Shown piece after piece: positions 35,561-48,309 of a stretch of DNA of 64,000 nucleotides. The DNA lies in contig NIVC01001232.1 of NCBI GenBank assembly GCA_002269645.1, forward strand, positions 128,599 to 192,598, read 5' to 3'. This DNA comes from Macrostomum lignano (taxonomy: Eukaryota). The notes beneath the pieces were generated by a model. It did not search any database and was not told where the DNA came from. It was given only the letters and a program-made list of their open reading frames with translations. The translations under genes were made by a program, and so were the position numbers. The number at the start of each line of letters is the position of its first letter. Position 1 is the stretch's first letter.

Positions 35561-38500
35561 ATGTCCCGCAGTGCGGTAAGCAAATCCTCCGTGTCTCCAT
35601 CCAGCAACGCGACAGAATCCACAGCGACTACGCTGGACCAACTAGCGATGCGGCGCTTCGATGAACAGTCAGCTGGCGGCGGCGGCAGCAACACCAGCTT
35701 GGTGCTGGGAGACCAGACTGATGAAGTGGTGGGCAGCATGCGACCCTCGGAACTGCTGCAGCATGTGAGGACTTTGACTGGCAGCGTCCTGAATCGATCC
35801 CGACCCCCATTCAGAATTGATCCCGACCCCCATCCAGAATCGATCCCGACCCCCATCCTGAATCGATCCCGACCCCCATTCAGAATCGATCCCGACCCCC
35901 ATCCTGAATCGATCCCGACCCCCATTCAGAATCGATCCCGACCCCCATCCTGAATCGATCCTGACCCCCATCCTGAATCGATCCCGACCCCCATTCAGAA
36001 TCGATCCCGACCCCCATCCAGAATCGATCCCGACCCCCATCCAGAATCGATCCCGACCCCCATCCAGAATCGATCCTACAGAGAATCCTGATCCGCAAAC
36101 ACTCCCAGTTCCACCACGCGGTTCGCGAGGGTGACCTCGGCTTCGTCCGAGCGGCCCTGAAGGCGAAGCCGTCTCTGTCCGACAGCCGGGACGAGCGCCT
36201 GATGTGCGCAGTGAATTACGCAATCAAGTACCAGCGCACCGAGGTGCTGCGCCTCCTGCTGGCCAGCGGCGCCTCCCCCAATCAGCGCGGCCAGGAAGGC
36301 GTCCGGCCGGTCCACGTGGCCGCCACGTGCAACGCGGTCGAGGCGCTACAGCTGCTGATTGCGCAGAAGCACGTCAGGCTGGACGCCATCGACGACAAGG
36401 GGATGACGGCGCTGCACGTGGCCTGCAGGCGCGGACACTGCGGCATCGCCAAGGTGTGGGGCTAGGGACTCTGGGATCTGGACAGTCGGATCTGGGGACT
36501 CACTCTGGGATCTGGGGACTTACTCTGGGATCTGGACAGTCGGATCTGGGGACTCTGGGATCTGGACAGTCGGATCTGGGGACTCACTCTGGGATCTGGG
36601 GACTCTGGGATCTGGGGACTCTGAGATCTGGGGACTCTGAGATCTGGGGACTCTGAGATCTGCATGGGGACTCTGGGATCTGCACAGGGACTCTGGGATC
36701 TGCATGGGGACTCTGGGATCTGCATGGGGACTCTGGGATCTGCATGGGGACTCTGGGATCTGCACAGGGACTCTGGGATCTGCATGGGGACTCTGGGATC
36801 TGCATGGGGACTCTGGGATCTGCACAGGGACTCTGGGATCTGCATGGGGACTCTGGGATCTACACGGGGACTCTGAGATCTGGGGACTCTGGGATCTGGA
36901 CAGTCGGATTTGGGGACTCACTTTGGGATCTGGGGACTCTGGGATCTGGACAGTCGGATCTGGGGACTCTGGGATCTGGGCAGTCTGGGATCTGGGGACT
37001 CAGTCTGGGATCTGGGGACTCACTCTGGGATCTGGGGACTCTGGGATCTGGGGACTCACTCTGGGATCTGGGGACTCACTCTGGGATCTGGGGACTCACT
37101 CTGGGATCTGGGGACTCAGGGGTCTACACGGGGACTCTTGGATCTGGGGACTCTGGGATCTGGGCAGTCTGGGATCTGGGGACTCACTCTGGGATCTGGG
37201 GACTCACTCTGGGATCTGGGGACTCTGGGATCTGGGGACTCACTCTGGGATCTGGGGACTCAGGGGTCTACACGGGGACTCTTGGATCTGGGGACTCTGG
37301 GATCTGGGCAGTCTGGGATCTGGGGACTCACTCTGGGATCTGGGGACTCTGGGATCTACACGGGGACTCTGAGATCTGGGGACTCTGGGATCTGGGGACT
37401 CTGGGATCTGGGGACTCCGGGATCTGGGGACTCTGCAGGAGTTGAATATGACGAGATCTGCCAGCGAAGAGTCTCAGAAAACAGTTGATAAATTTAAAGT
37501 TTGCCTACTGGGGACCTCATTAGTTGCATCAATTTCTTTAATTTTTGAGCTCATCAGCTCTCCAAGAGCCAAGACTGCCGCTGTGACGTTTGGTGTCAGT
37601 TTGCTCGTAAGCTCCCGTGATAGTCCTGATCAATTCCCAAGGAATCGATGGTCTCTGTTACCCGCCGCAGATTCTCGTCAGCAACGGGGCGAACATCCGC
37701 AAACAGGAATTCGACGGAAATTCCGTGCTCCACCAGACAGCGAGAAATGGCAACTTGGAATTGTGCGAATTTCTGGTAAGGCCTGGCGGCAGCTTGTCTG
37801 TTGTTATTGGAGGTTAATGATGCATGTTTCTTTGCTGCATGACAGCAGCAAGCTAGTGGGCAGGTAAGCTGGTGAGGTACTGAGCAGTTTGTTGAGGTAC
37901 TGAGCAGTTTGGTGAGGTATTGAGCAGTTTGGTGAGGTACTGAGCAGTTTGGTGAGGTATTGAGCAGTTTGGTGAGGTACTGAGCAGTTTATTGAGGTAT
38001 TGAGCAGTTTATTGAGGTACTGAGCAGTTTATTGAGGTATTGAGCAGTTTATTGAGGTACTGAGCAGTTTGGTGAGGTATTGAGCACTTTGGTGAGGTAC
38101 TGAGCAGTTTGTTGAGGTATTGAGCACTTTGGTGAGGTATTGAGCAGTTTGGTGAGGTACTGAGCAGTTTGGTGAGGTGTCCGTCAATAAAATTTCAGCT
38201 CAGCAGCGGCGCTGACACAACAGTTGCGGACAAAAATGGAGTCAATGGAGGCTGCAAAGCGAGGCCACCTCGGCTGCCTGCGCCTGCTGATAGCGGCTTC
38301 CGGCACTATCGACAGATCCATCGGACAGCGCGACCTGGACGAGAGCACCACACTGCTTCTGGCTGCCGAGGAAGGTCGAATCGAAGTATTTCGCTACCTG
38401 TGCGACAGCGGTGCCGACTTCAACGCCAAGTGAGTGGCTGGCGAATGGAGAAATCAGTGCAGTAACATTTTCCACCTTTGGTATAGTTTCTGCATGTGCA

Positions 38501-41500
38501 TCGCGTTACGGTGTACGTCAACTTGCCTTTAAGGGACGAGATCGGTCGCAACGCTCTGATGCTAGCGGTGTCCAAGTCGCACTATGACATTGCAAAGTTT
38601 CTGCTTGACCTCGACATTGATGTAAACGCAACCGATGTCAGCAAGGTGAATTTTAATTTTTGGAACTTCTAAATTTTCCTCTTTACATTCAACGCTCAGA
38701 GGGCCACTTTTGGTGTGTTTTCAGAACACAGCTCTGCACTACGCGTCTAAAGAGGCAAACGCTGGTGAGTGCGTCAAGCTGCTGCTGGAGTACTCGGCAC
38801 TCATCGCGGAGAATAGCAATCTGGAGACGCCTGTCGATTTTGCCATTCGAGCGCAGAGTAAGGAGGCTCTCGACGTGTTTTTTAGTAGCGAGCGGTAAGT
38901 CTGATTTTATAACGTGCTGGGGTTGATCTTATGATATTTGATGAAGGCTCACGACGTGTTCTATTCTGTGACTATATTAGGGGAGAATGATTTATACGAT
39001 GCTTGATGAAGGCTCTCGACGTGTTCTATTCTGTGACTGTATTAGGGGAGAATGATTCATACGATACTTGATGAAGGCTCTCGACGTGTTCTATTCTGTG
39101 ACTGTATGATAAGTTTTCATTGTACATTTTAAATTCTTGAACAGAATTTTAACTAAATTTGCGTATGGATTTTTTTTAGAAAATTCTTGACTTCAGCATC
39201 GGAAACACTGTTCGAGATCCGCTTGACCAAAACTTTATGGTAAGCGAGCGAATATTAAACCGATTTCTAAATCTTGATCATTAGTTTTTTACCCATCGCA
39301 CCTGCACTCCGGCCAGGTGATTTACAACTTCGCCCTGCTCGATCCCGGCCCGGACGATCTGGCCTCCCAGCCGGACAGATACTTTGCACTGCGCACCATG
39401 GCTGCTGCTGACCGTCTGGATCTGCTGCGCCATCCGCTGTCGTCTGCTCTTCTGCAGTACAGGTGGTATGTAGTACATGCAACAGCAGTAGTACAACAGT
39501 ACTTTCAACAGTAGTAAAGCAGTAGTGGCTTTAATTAATTTAGTATACCACATATACTAAAATAACTTACTCATAGATGGGCCACTCAGCACATTCGCGT
39601 GTAAGCTACTTTCAGTTCAGTAGCAAGTTAAACAGAAGCATTTTAATGTATTTTTAAAGCCAAGGCTCATTTATTGGCTCTTACCCCCAGCTTAAACCCT
39701 CCAACTGCCCCTTTCCACACCACCCCCGCCCCGCACCCATTTTTATTGCCTTCCTCGAACTCCAGCCTAAAGCTGCCATGTACATTTCAGTGGACTGGCT
39801 AATGTACATTATTGCTGAACCAATTAGCAAGTTGTTTACGCCTGCAAGTTTGGCTTCTAAACTTATCAAAGTCGTTTCAGCTGCCATTTTTAATAAAATA
39901 GCATATGTACTCTTCTTTGCTACTGAACTGAAAGTAGAAAGTATATGTGCCTGAGTGGCCTATCTAGTTATTTTAGTATCTGTGCCATGGACTAAGCGAT
40001 GAGAAGCAATGCCAACATGCTTTTCTGCAGGAACACTGTGCGATTTTTCATGTGGTTCGATCTGTTCTGCTACACTTGCTTTGTCCTCTGCCTGAGCCTG
40101 TTCATCATGGACAATGGACCTCTGTCCCCGTCGCTCATGGACAAAAACACCGGTTGCAGAAACGACACCTCCGGCTTTGTGAGCTGTTCGAGAGTTTTTC
40201 CTGAACAATTTTAATGTCAAATTATCACTTCTTTAAACTTCACTTCAGCGGCCCAAGCTGACGGACAAACGAGTCGTCGCTGAGAAAAGCTTCATCATGG
40301 CATTTCTCGCCATTCGAATCTGTGTGGAATTCGCAAAATTGCTGCACAAGGTATGAAGTCCACTAAATTCTGCTAATCTTGGTAGGTCGCTTTCCATTTT
40401 GGCCCACAAACCATTTTAGAAGCAGAGCTATTTTCTGAACAAGGAGGTGTATTTCTACATTGTCCTGTACGCTGTCACCTTTGCTTTCATCTGGCCGCCG
40501 GACTCCGAGCCCTGCCTGTGGAACTGGGTGTGCGGCCTCGTCTCCGTGCTGATGGCCTGGTCACTCATACTGTTCCAAATTGAATAGTGAGTTCAGAGAG
40601 ATATGACGCCGAGCCTATGCTGTTTAACTTACTGCTTTCTTCTGCTTCAACTATGCAGCATTCCACACGCGGGCCTCTACTCGCTGATGTTTCAAAAAGT
40701 GCTGCTCTCTCTGGTTCAGGTGCTGCACGTGTTCAGCTTCCTCATACTGGGATTCGCGTTCACATTCTACTCCATCATGAAGGAATCAGTGAGGCAATCA
40801 TGAAACAAGATCTCAATTTTTTATTAGCTCGCTGCCAAACGTAATCCCATTCAATTGTTACCAACTCATTCAGAATCCCTTCAGTACTCTGCAGCTGGCT
40901 GCTCTCAAAACATTCGATATGACCGTCGGGGAGCTGGAGCTGGTCACGTACTTCATCAACCCAAATTACGGGCTGTTCCAGTCGGCTGCGCAGTCCCTGT
41001 TTGCCGTCTTTGTTATCGTGATGCCGATTGCCCTAATGAACCTGCTGGTGCGTTTTACCTGTCCTGACATATACTGACTGCGTGCGCTGTCAGACTCCCA
41101 CTGCATGCACTGCCAGACACTCACTGCATGCAATGTCAGACTCTCACTGTATGCACTGCCAGACTCTCACTGTATGCACTGCCAGACTCTCACTGCATGC
41201 ACTGCCAGACTCTCACTGCATGCACTGTCCAGACTCTCACTGTGTGCACTGCCAGACACTCACTGCATGCACTGTCCAGACTCTCACTGCATGCACTGCC
41301 AGACACTCACTGCATGCACTGTCCAGACTCTCACTGCATGCACTGTCCAGACTCTCACTGCATGCACTGCCAGACTCTCACTGTATGCACTACCAGACTC
41401 TCACTGTATGCACTGCCAGACTCTCACTGCATGCACTGCCAGACTCTCACTGTATGCACTACCAGACTCTCACTGCATGCACTGCCAGACTCTCACTGCA

Positions 41501-43220
41501 TGCACTGTCCAGACTCTCACTGCATGCACTGCCAGACACTCACTGCATGCACTGTCCAGACTCTCACTGCATGCACTGTCCAGACTCTCACTGTATGCAC
41601 TACCAGACTCTCACTGCATGCACTGCCAGACTCTCACTGCATGCACTGTCCAGACTCTCACTGCATGCACTGTCCAGACTCTCACTGTGTGCACTGACTA
41701 GAATGGCTTGCTTGTTCGGTTGGGTCATTGAGAGCCCCCCTTCTAATTCTAACCAGATCGGTATAGCAGTGGGTGACATTGATGGCATCATGCGAGGCGC
41801 TGAGCTGAGGCTAATATTCATCAGAGTGAGCTAATCTACTCCATTGTTAATAATGAAATCTTACAGTTTCAGAATTTAGAATTTAAAATTTAGAATTCAG
41901 AATTTACAGAATTTGCCAACATCCCGGAATGCAGATTAACCTAATCTACGAGCTGGAGATTAATCTGCCTAAGTTCATCCAGCGCAAATTTTACAAATCC
42001 TATCGCGAGATTTATCCCAACCGGCAAAGCAGCAGGCTGCGCCGTGTTCTGGTTGGCAATTTCGAAGAGGAGTACCTGAACTATAAGCAGGCCAAGGGTT
42101 CGAATCCCGGCGGAGAGCAGAACCAGTTGCTGACGATGCAGAATGACAGGTAATTTTAAACCTTTGATTTTCTACTCAGAATTGAGTTGTACCAATGCGA
42201 AAGAATGGCATATCAATTTGATATCTCTGGCAGAAGTTCAATTACTGTGCTTTACTAATTGACTTATATGTCAGCTTCGTTTTTAAGCGGCCCTCCCTTC
42301 ATAGTGCCCCTCCCTTCATAGTGCCCCTCCCTTAATAGTGCCCCTCCCTTCATAGTGCCCCGCCCTTCATAGTGCCCCGCCCTTCATAGTGCCCCGCCCT
42401 TCATAGTGCCCCTCCCTTCATAGTGAACCTCCCTTCATAGTGGCCCTCCCTTCATAGTGGCCCTCCCTTCATAGTGAACCTCCCTTCATAGTGCCCCGCC
42501 CTTCATAGTGCCCCGCCCTTCATAGTGCCCCTCCCTTCATAGTGGCCCTCCCTTCATAGTCTTCATAGTGGCCCTCCCTTCATAGTGCCCCTTCCTTCAT
42601 AGTGCCCCTCCCTTCATAGTGGCCCTCCCTTCATAGTGGCCCCTCCCTTCATAGTCTTCATAGTGGCCCTCCCTTCATAGTGCCCCTTCCTTCATAGTGC
42701 CCCTCCCTTCATAGTGGCCCTCCCTTCATAGTGGCCCCTCCCTTCATAGTCTTCATAGTGGCCCTCCCTTCATAGTGAACCTCCCTTCATAGTGCCCCTC
42801 CCTTCATAGTGCCCCGCCCTTCATAGTGCCCCTCCCTTCATAGTGCCCCTCCCTTCATAGTGCCCCTCCCTTCATAGTGAACCTCCCTTCATAGTGGCCC
42901 TCCCTTCATAGTGGCCCCTCCCTTCATAGTCTTCATAGTGCCCCTTCCTTCATAGTGCCCCTCCCTTCATAGTGGCCCTCCCTTCATAGTGGCCCCTCCC
43001 TTCATAGTCTTCATAGTGGCCCTCCCTTCATAGTGAACCTCCCTTCATAGTGGTTCTCCTTCATAGTGGTCCTCCCTTCATAGTGGTCCTCCCTTCATAG
43101 TGGTCCTTCCTTCATAGAGGCTTTTCACGAATAACTTTCACAAATTGCAGAATCTCGAAGATCGAAGACACTCTGGTTTCTGTTCAAGCCAGTCTGGCGC
43201 AACTGCTGGAAAAGAAATAA
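35561..43220 (+). CDS. TRPA: TRPA-family ankyrin-repeat cation channel, 16 exons, with an apparent frameshift in exon 4 (possible pseudogene)
   Basis: Exons 35561-35764, 36109-36453, 37671-37775, 38199-38429, 38534-38645, 38725-38894, 39197(or 39180)-39239, 39317-39465, 40031-40178, 40249-40350, 40420-40586, 40659-40788, 40874-41047, 41757-41825, 41935-42149, 43151-43220. Ankyrin repeats (TALHVACRRGH), pre-S1 LLRHPLSSALLQYRW, pore KTFDMTVGELE, S6/TRP-like IALMNLL|IGIAVGDI and a C-terminal coiled coil. Confidence 0.9.
35788..36080. repeat. Minisatellite in TRPA intron 1 (23-bp unit)
   Basis: gaatcgatcccgacccccatcc(a/t) repeated about 12 times. Confidence 0.95.
36465..37435. repeat. Minisatellite in TRPA intron 2 (16-20-bp units)
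   Basis: ggggactctgggatct, gggactctgggatctgcat and related units. Confidence 0.95.
37870..38180. repeat. Minisatellite in TRPA intron 3 (20-bp unit)
   Basis: ggtgaggtactgagcagttt repeated about 15 times. Confidence 0.95.
38865..39110. repeat. About 65-bp tandem repeat spanning the TRPA exon 6/intron 6 boundary
   Basis: ggctctcgacgtgtt...ttgatgaa occurs 4 times; the first copy is exonic. Confidence 0.85.
39549..39984. mobile_element. MITE with imperfect terminal inverted repeats (copy 1, TRPA intron 8)
   Basis: Ends cacatatactaaaataac...gggccactcag and ctgagtggcc...gttattttagtatctgtg. The internal sequence closely matches 43707-44137. Confidence 0.85.
41088..41700. repeat. Minisatellite in TRPA intron 13 (23-24-bp unit)
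   Basis: cagactctcactgcatgcactg(c/tc) repeated about 25 times. Confidence 0.95.
42290..43120. repeat. Minisatellite in TRPA intron 15 (about 19-bp unit)
   Basis: cccctcccttcatagtg-like unit repeated about 43 times. Confidence 0.95.
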
Positions 43221-43359
43221 GCCGTCGAAGCCAAACTATGACAAATATTGTTTAAATTATATTTATAAAAAAATGATACCAAGTTCGTATTTATGTTCAA
43301 AGCCATTGAATTGGCGAGAGTCCATCTATCCAACCCTTCAAGAGACTCAAGATATTCAA

Positions 43360-43580
43360 CGCACTCACACACACGCTCACACAGGGTGTACAGCTGCCCT
43401 GACTTTCTAATCATCAGGCATGTACACTCTCTGTGCCTTGGAGGTTGGCCCTCATGGCTGTGAATCACATGACAACCCGCCGGCCAATTTTCGTGCACAC
43501 AAGCCCCGAATGAATGCGGCCGCGCACGGAATCGAACCAGGGGTCGTGACGCGAGAGTCGGACCGCTGAGCTGCTCTCTT
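43360..43580 (-). mobile_element. SINE-like repeat, second family
   Basis: Reverse-complement B box (ggaatcgaacc near 43528) plus a body matching 29935-30080. Confidence 0.75.
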
Positions 43581-43706
43581 CCTCCGTCATAAAACCAAAA
43601 GAAACAATTTAGCCTGCAGTTTCTTGAAATATTTTCTAGGGAAAACAACCTAAGTTGAAGCACTTACGAAGCATAAGGTAGCTAAGCAAACCACAGCAAT
43701 CACCCC

Positions 43707-44137
43707 CACAGATACTAGAATAGATCAGCCACTCGGCACATTTGCGTGCAAGCTACTTTCAGTTCAGTAGTAAGTTAAACAGAAGCATTTAATGTATTTT
43801 TAAAGCCAGGGCTCATTTATTGGCTCTAAACCCCCAGCTTAAATCCTCCAACTGCGCCTTTCCACACAACCCCCCGCCCCACCCCAATTTTTATTGCCTT
43901 CCTCGAACTCCAGCCTAAAACTGCCATGTACGTTTCATTCAGTGGACTGGCTAATGTACATTATTGCTAAACCAATTAGCAAGCTGTTTACGCCTGCAAG
44001 CTTGGCTTCTAAACTTATCAAAGTCGTTTAAGCTGCCATTTTTTAATAAAATAGCTTAAGCATTCTTCTTTGCTACTGAACTGAAAGTAGAAAGTATATA
44101 TGCCTGAGTGGCCCAGCTAGTTGTTTTAGCACCTGTG
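43707..44137. mobile_element. MITE copy 2
   Basis: Ends cacagatacta... and ...gcacctgtg. Flanks atcacccc / atcaccct match at 7 of 8 bases and may be a target-site duplication. Confidence 0.85.
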
Positions 44138-45146
44138 ATCACCCTTGACAGTGGCTATGGTAATCTTTTCAAGACGCCATGCACGAGACGTTGCTGGTCG
44201 CTCAGCCGAGCTATAGAGTTTGTGATCTCAAAGATCTGATCTGATCTCAGCTTGAAATGAGCCATCGGCCTAGCCACTACGAACAACTTCTCAATGAATG
44301 ACTGACCGACATGGCCCTCTATTTCAATTGTTTCCTTACCTTTGCCTCCCAATTTAAAATCTTTGTTTATTTACTAATGCACATTGCTGTGTTAACTTAC
44401 TTATAAAAGCAAGAATTTTTCCTCTGGTACAATTGCACTTTTACCATTTATCATTTATCTCTCTACATAGAGCAAATCTAATCAAGATTAATTCCTATCA
44501 TTTTTCACTTTTCTGAATCTGTAAAAATAATTGATGTTTCACTCCTTCTTGAGTATTTTTAAAAGGATATCACTACAATATCTAGTATTGGAAGTGTCCT
44601 GACTTCTTCACCTAATTACGTTTATCTTTGTTTTGGAGGCTAAAATTTGAGTCTAGATATTGTGCAGTAAAGTCAAGTTGAGGCAGTTCAATACAATCCA
44701 ATTAAAAAGACTTTGCAGACAACTAGCTAAAAACATCGAAACAATTAAATGACAAAAATGATGATTGATTGTGTGGTATTTCATTTGATTGAATATTCAG
44801 TAGAATATTTGTTACTTACAGAATCGAAAAAGATCCCTACGGAGGGGAAATATTTGTTAATAAACATTTTTCAGAAGAATACATTAAAGCTATATAATAT
44901 ATATAAAAAGATAAATATTTTAATCAAACTTTAAAACTACTGAAACTATACCTACAAATTTCAAGTTAGTACGATTGCGAGTACAAAAGTTAAACACAAA
45001 ACAACGAAACAGACGGCTTCTGCTGGATGTGAATTCTTTCAGATACCGTTTCAGACAACTTGGCTAAAATTTTGAAATTTTAAAATTGACAAAGCAGCAG
45101 TGATTGAAGCCTCTGCAGAATTCAGCTTCGAGCACTCGATAATTCT

Positions 45147-46757
45147 CTATTCGTCGCCTCCGTCTTCCAGTGTGAATGTTCCGTATATCTGGTTCTTCCG
45201 CTCTGCCTCCGCCTGACTCATTTCAATCATCGGCTTGAAGAGCTCGTCGTCCGACACCGGGCCCTCGCTGTCGCCCTCCGACCTGTCCTTCTTCTGACGC
45301 TGGGCGTCGAACGCTGGGCGCAACTTCTTGGGGTACCAGGATATGTTGGTGCCGCACTGCTCCTTCGAGAGGCGCATGTTGCTGTTGAAGATGGTGGAAA
45401 ATGGAAAGTCCTCCTCATCAACGCCGAACGGGTCCATGAGCACCAGGGCCACTTTGAACCAGCCAACCATGAAGATCATGTGCACGATGCCTAGTATTGG
45501 TACTAAGTAATCAACATAATAGCCTTTGGCTTTGCGCGTAATCGCCTCTTTCGGATCCAAAAGTTGGCGGCTCAGCGTGTCGGACAGGAACACGGTGTAC
45601 ACCGCGATGATCACCACCTGCGTGTACACCAGCGGCAGGCCTCGCCTAGCAAAATTAATGAGGACGCGGATCTTTCCGGACCAAGCGTAGATCTCCTCTT
45701 GAACTTTGAGGAAAATTCGATTGTCTCGGATTAAACCCTTCTCCAGAGCCTCCTCCGCGGTGGCCAGAGCCCAATAGAATGGCAGGAACCACTCCGGCTC
45801 GTACTTGCCGTTGACCCGCTGGGAGCGCTGAAGAAACACGGCAAGCTCCGACCTCGTGACGATGCGGCCGTACTGCTTCCGGATTAGGGGATCTCTGTTT
45901 AGCACCAGCAGCCGCTCCAGAGACCGGCGCACCGGATCCGTCACGGGCTGCTCCGACAGGCGCATCAGCTGGTCATAATTCGAATCGCCCGAGTCCGGCA
46001 CCGGCTTGATCTTGCCGTCCTCCGTCAGGTCGAAATCGCTCTGAAATCGAGCTGTCAGCTTCTTGACAATTTCAAAGCGCTCCTGCAGCCCGCTGCAAAT
46101 GTTCCAGAGCGCCAGCACCCACGCCAGGTTGAGGTAGCGAGCGATGGTCATCCGGTACTTGGCAGCGTCGCCAGGATTGCTTCCGCTCTGGATGGACCCG
46201 ACTAGCACGGCTGCAGGGCCGGACATGCGCGGAATGTGCTGCTCCGGGCAGGATAGGGCGGGGAGGGGTGGATCGCAATGAGATGAAGATCAAAAGTGCG
46301 CAAAATACATGTATGCACAGAACAATGGGTTCTATTCATACTGAATCGCAATCTGTAGCCTCACCGTGTAGATATTCCACCACCTGGACGCGACATTGCT
46401 GACAAAGAAGCCCAACAGGAAGGTGACTGGAATCTTGCCGCTCCACTCGCCAACCTGCTCAACTGTGTTCTCGAATTGTAACTTCTGGTCAGGATTGAGT
46501 ACGAATCTGTAAATAATATTGAGCACGTAGTAGATGGTCAGTCAGATAAGCAGGTCGATCCAGATTAGTCGGTAGATGCTGGCTCTCCATCGGAACAGTT
46601 GGCGAAACAAAACGGCATAGCCAGACGTTGAAACGTCCAAGTTGTCCGGCAGGACGATGGCGCTGCCTTTGATTCGCTTCACCGCTCTGCGCTCCTCAGA
46701 AGGCGTCAGATCGTTGTTGGAGGAGTTGCTGCTCCGACTAAGCAGGCTCTGCTTCAT
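45147..46757 (-). pseudogene. BEST: Bestrophin chloride channel, exons 46757-46365 and 46238-45147, with an in-frame TGA at 46544-46542
   Basis: LFRWRASIYRLIWIDLLI*LTIYYVLNIIYRF, IPVTFLLGFFVSNVASRWW, PLVYTQVV and DPFGVDEEDF are bestrophin signatures. Splicing is ACG|gtgag to gagcag|CAC, phase 0. Confidence 0.9.
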
Positions 46758-47558
46758 CTTCAGTGGCAGAGTTCTATAGTTTGTTGCAGGTGCACCGTGG
46801 GAGCTGCAGGTGCGCGATTCTATCTGATATACTGTCTTCGGGTTGAAGAGCAAGCGAGAAAGAGAATAGGGTGCCGCAAGCTGCTCAGAAAAGAAAATGA
46901 CAAAAGAATGCTGAAGCTGAAAACGCTTTTATTGCGACAGTGTGGCAAGAAGAAAACCACGAGTCAGGCTTTCACGTGCGCGCGTGCTGGCCGTCGAGTT
47001 TTTGCGTGCCACTGCGTCAGTCCACCTCTACACTCGGTTATTATGCTATTCTCAGTCGGCAGACCACAAGCACCATGTATCGAGAACAATACAGAATAGA
47101 AGATAAAGAAGCAGAGCAGTTTCTTTACAACCAACTTTTAAGCAAGAGGCCAAAATTTTGACCACGCGCAGAAAAGGCTCGCGTGCCTGTTAGAGAGGCT
47201 AATTGTGTCGAATCCAGTTTGAAGCGGCTGGGTATTCTCTAGCAATTCCCTTACCACATTTGATATTGAATTTGTATAAAGTGCAAAGATATGGTCGATT
47301 GTATCAAGGCAGAATGCAGTCAGTTGACTGCCCTAATTGCATGGCTGCCAGCAGTAAAAGCAATGGCGTCTTCTACCTACGGTGAAGCGCTGTAATACAC
47401 GCAAGTTTCAATGCTTACGAGTATCTCATGTAATGAAGTTAAGACAGTTACTCGAGACCCTGTCAACTGAATTAAATATTTTTTATTATCCCGATCAGCC
47501 ACAGTTTAGGAGAGTTGTAATCAGTCAATCGTTATTAGCCTGTTATTAACAGAGTCGC

Positions 47559-47941
47559 TTAGCAACCTCCAGCCAGAGCCGCGTCCAGCTTTGCCTCCAG
47601 CTGGGCCAGTCGCTGTCGGATCTCCGCGAGTCTGCGGAGTTCCGGACTGGAAGCTGACGCAGTCGCTGCTGGGGATCTACCAGCATTTGTCCTGTACCAG
47701 TCCAACAGGGTTCCAACAGCGAGTGTACTCAATCGAAGCTTTGCTCTGTCCGACTAGGTTGGTTGAAACCCTCGACACTGTCGGTCTGCCTGCGCCACAT
47801 GGCGCTGCTGTACTTTCTGTAGTCCTCTTCGAATGAGCCCTCATAGGCTGTGCGCAGCAGGCTGCGGCCTCGATTAGGGATAATCGGCTTGTGCGGCAGA
47901 CAGAGCGACAGCCTCGTTTCTAGTTCGTAGATCAAATTTAC
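47559..47941 (-). pseudogene. Orphan last two exons of a second TRPA paralogue
   Basis: VNLIYELETRL...IIPNRGRSLLRTAYEGSFEEDY is clearly paralogous to TRPA exon 15 (INLIYELEINL...IYPNRQSSRLRRVLVGNFEEEY). A terminal coiled-coil exon RLAEIRQRLAQLEAKLDAAL lies at 47631-47559. No upstream exons were found. Confidence 0.7.
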
Positions 47942-47968
47942 TTGGGATTGGTGTAGATAGACAGACAA

Positions 47969-48308
<340 letters not shown>

Positions 48309-48309
48309 A

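Noticed and set aside
36462-37488. Gly/Trp/Asp-rich and RSQSP-repeat ORFs
   Set aside because: Products of the intronic minisatellite in TRPA intron 2.
41082-41834. His/Cys-rich ORFs resembling metal-binding proteins
   Set aside because: Intronic array; only the last 69 nt before the donor (IGIAVGDI exon) are coding.
44155-44352. Minus-strand 65-aa ORF with a coiled-coil-like end (EITNSIARLSDQQRLVHGVLKRL)
   Set aside because: Could be another orphan terminal exon, but no homology or upstream exon could be established from the sequence.
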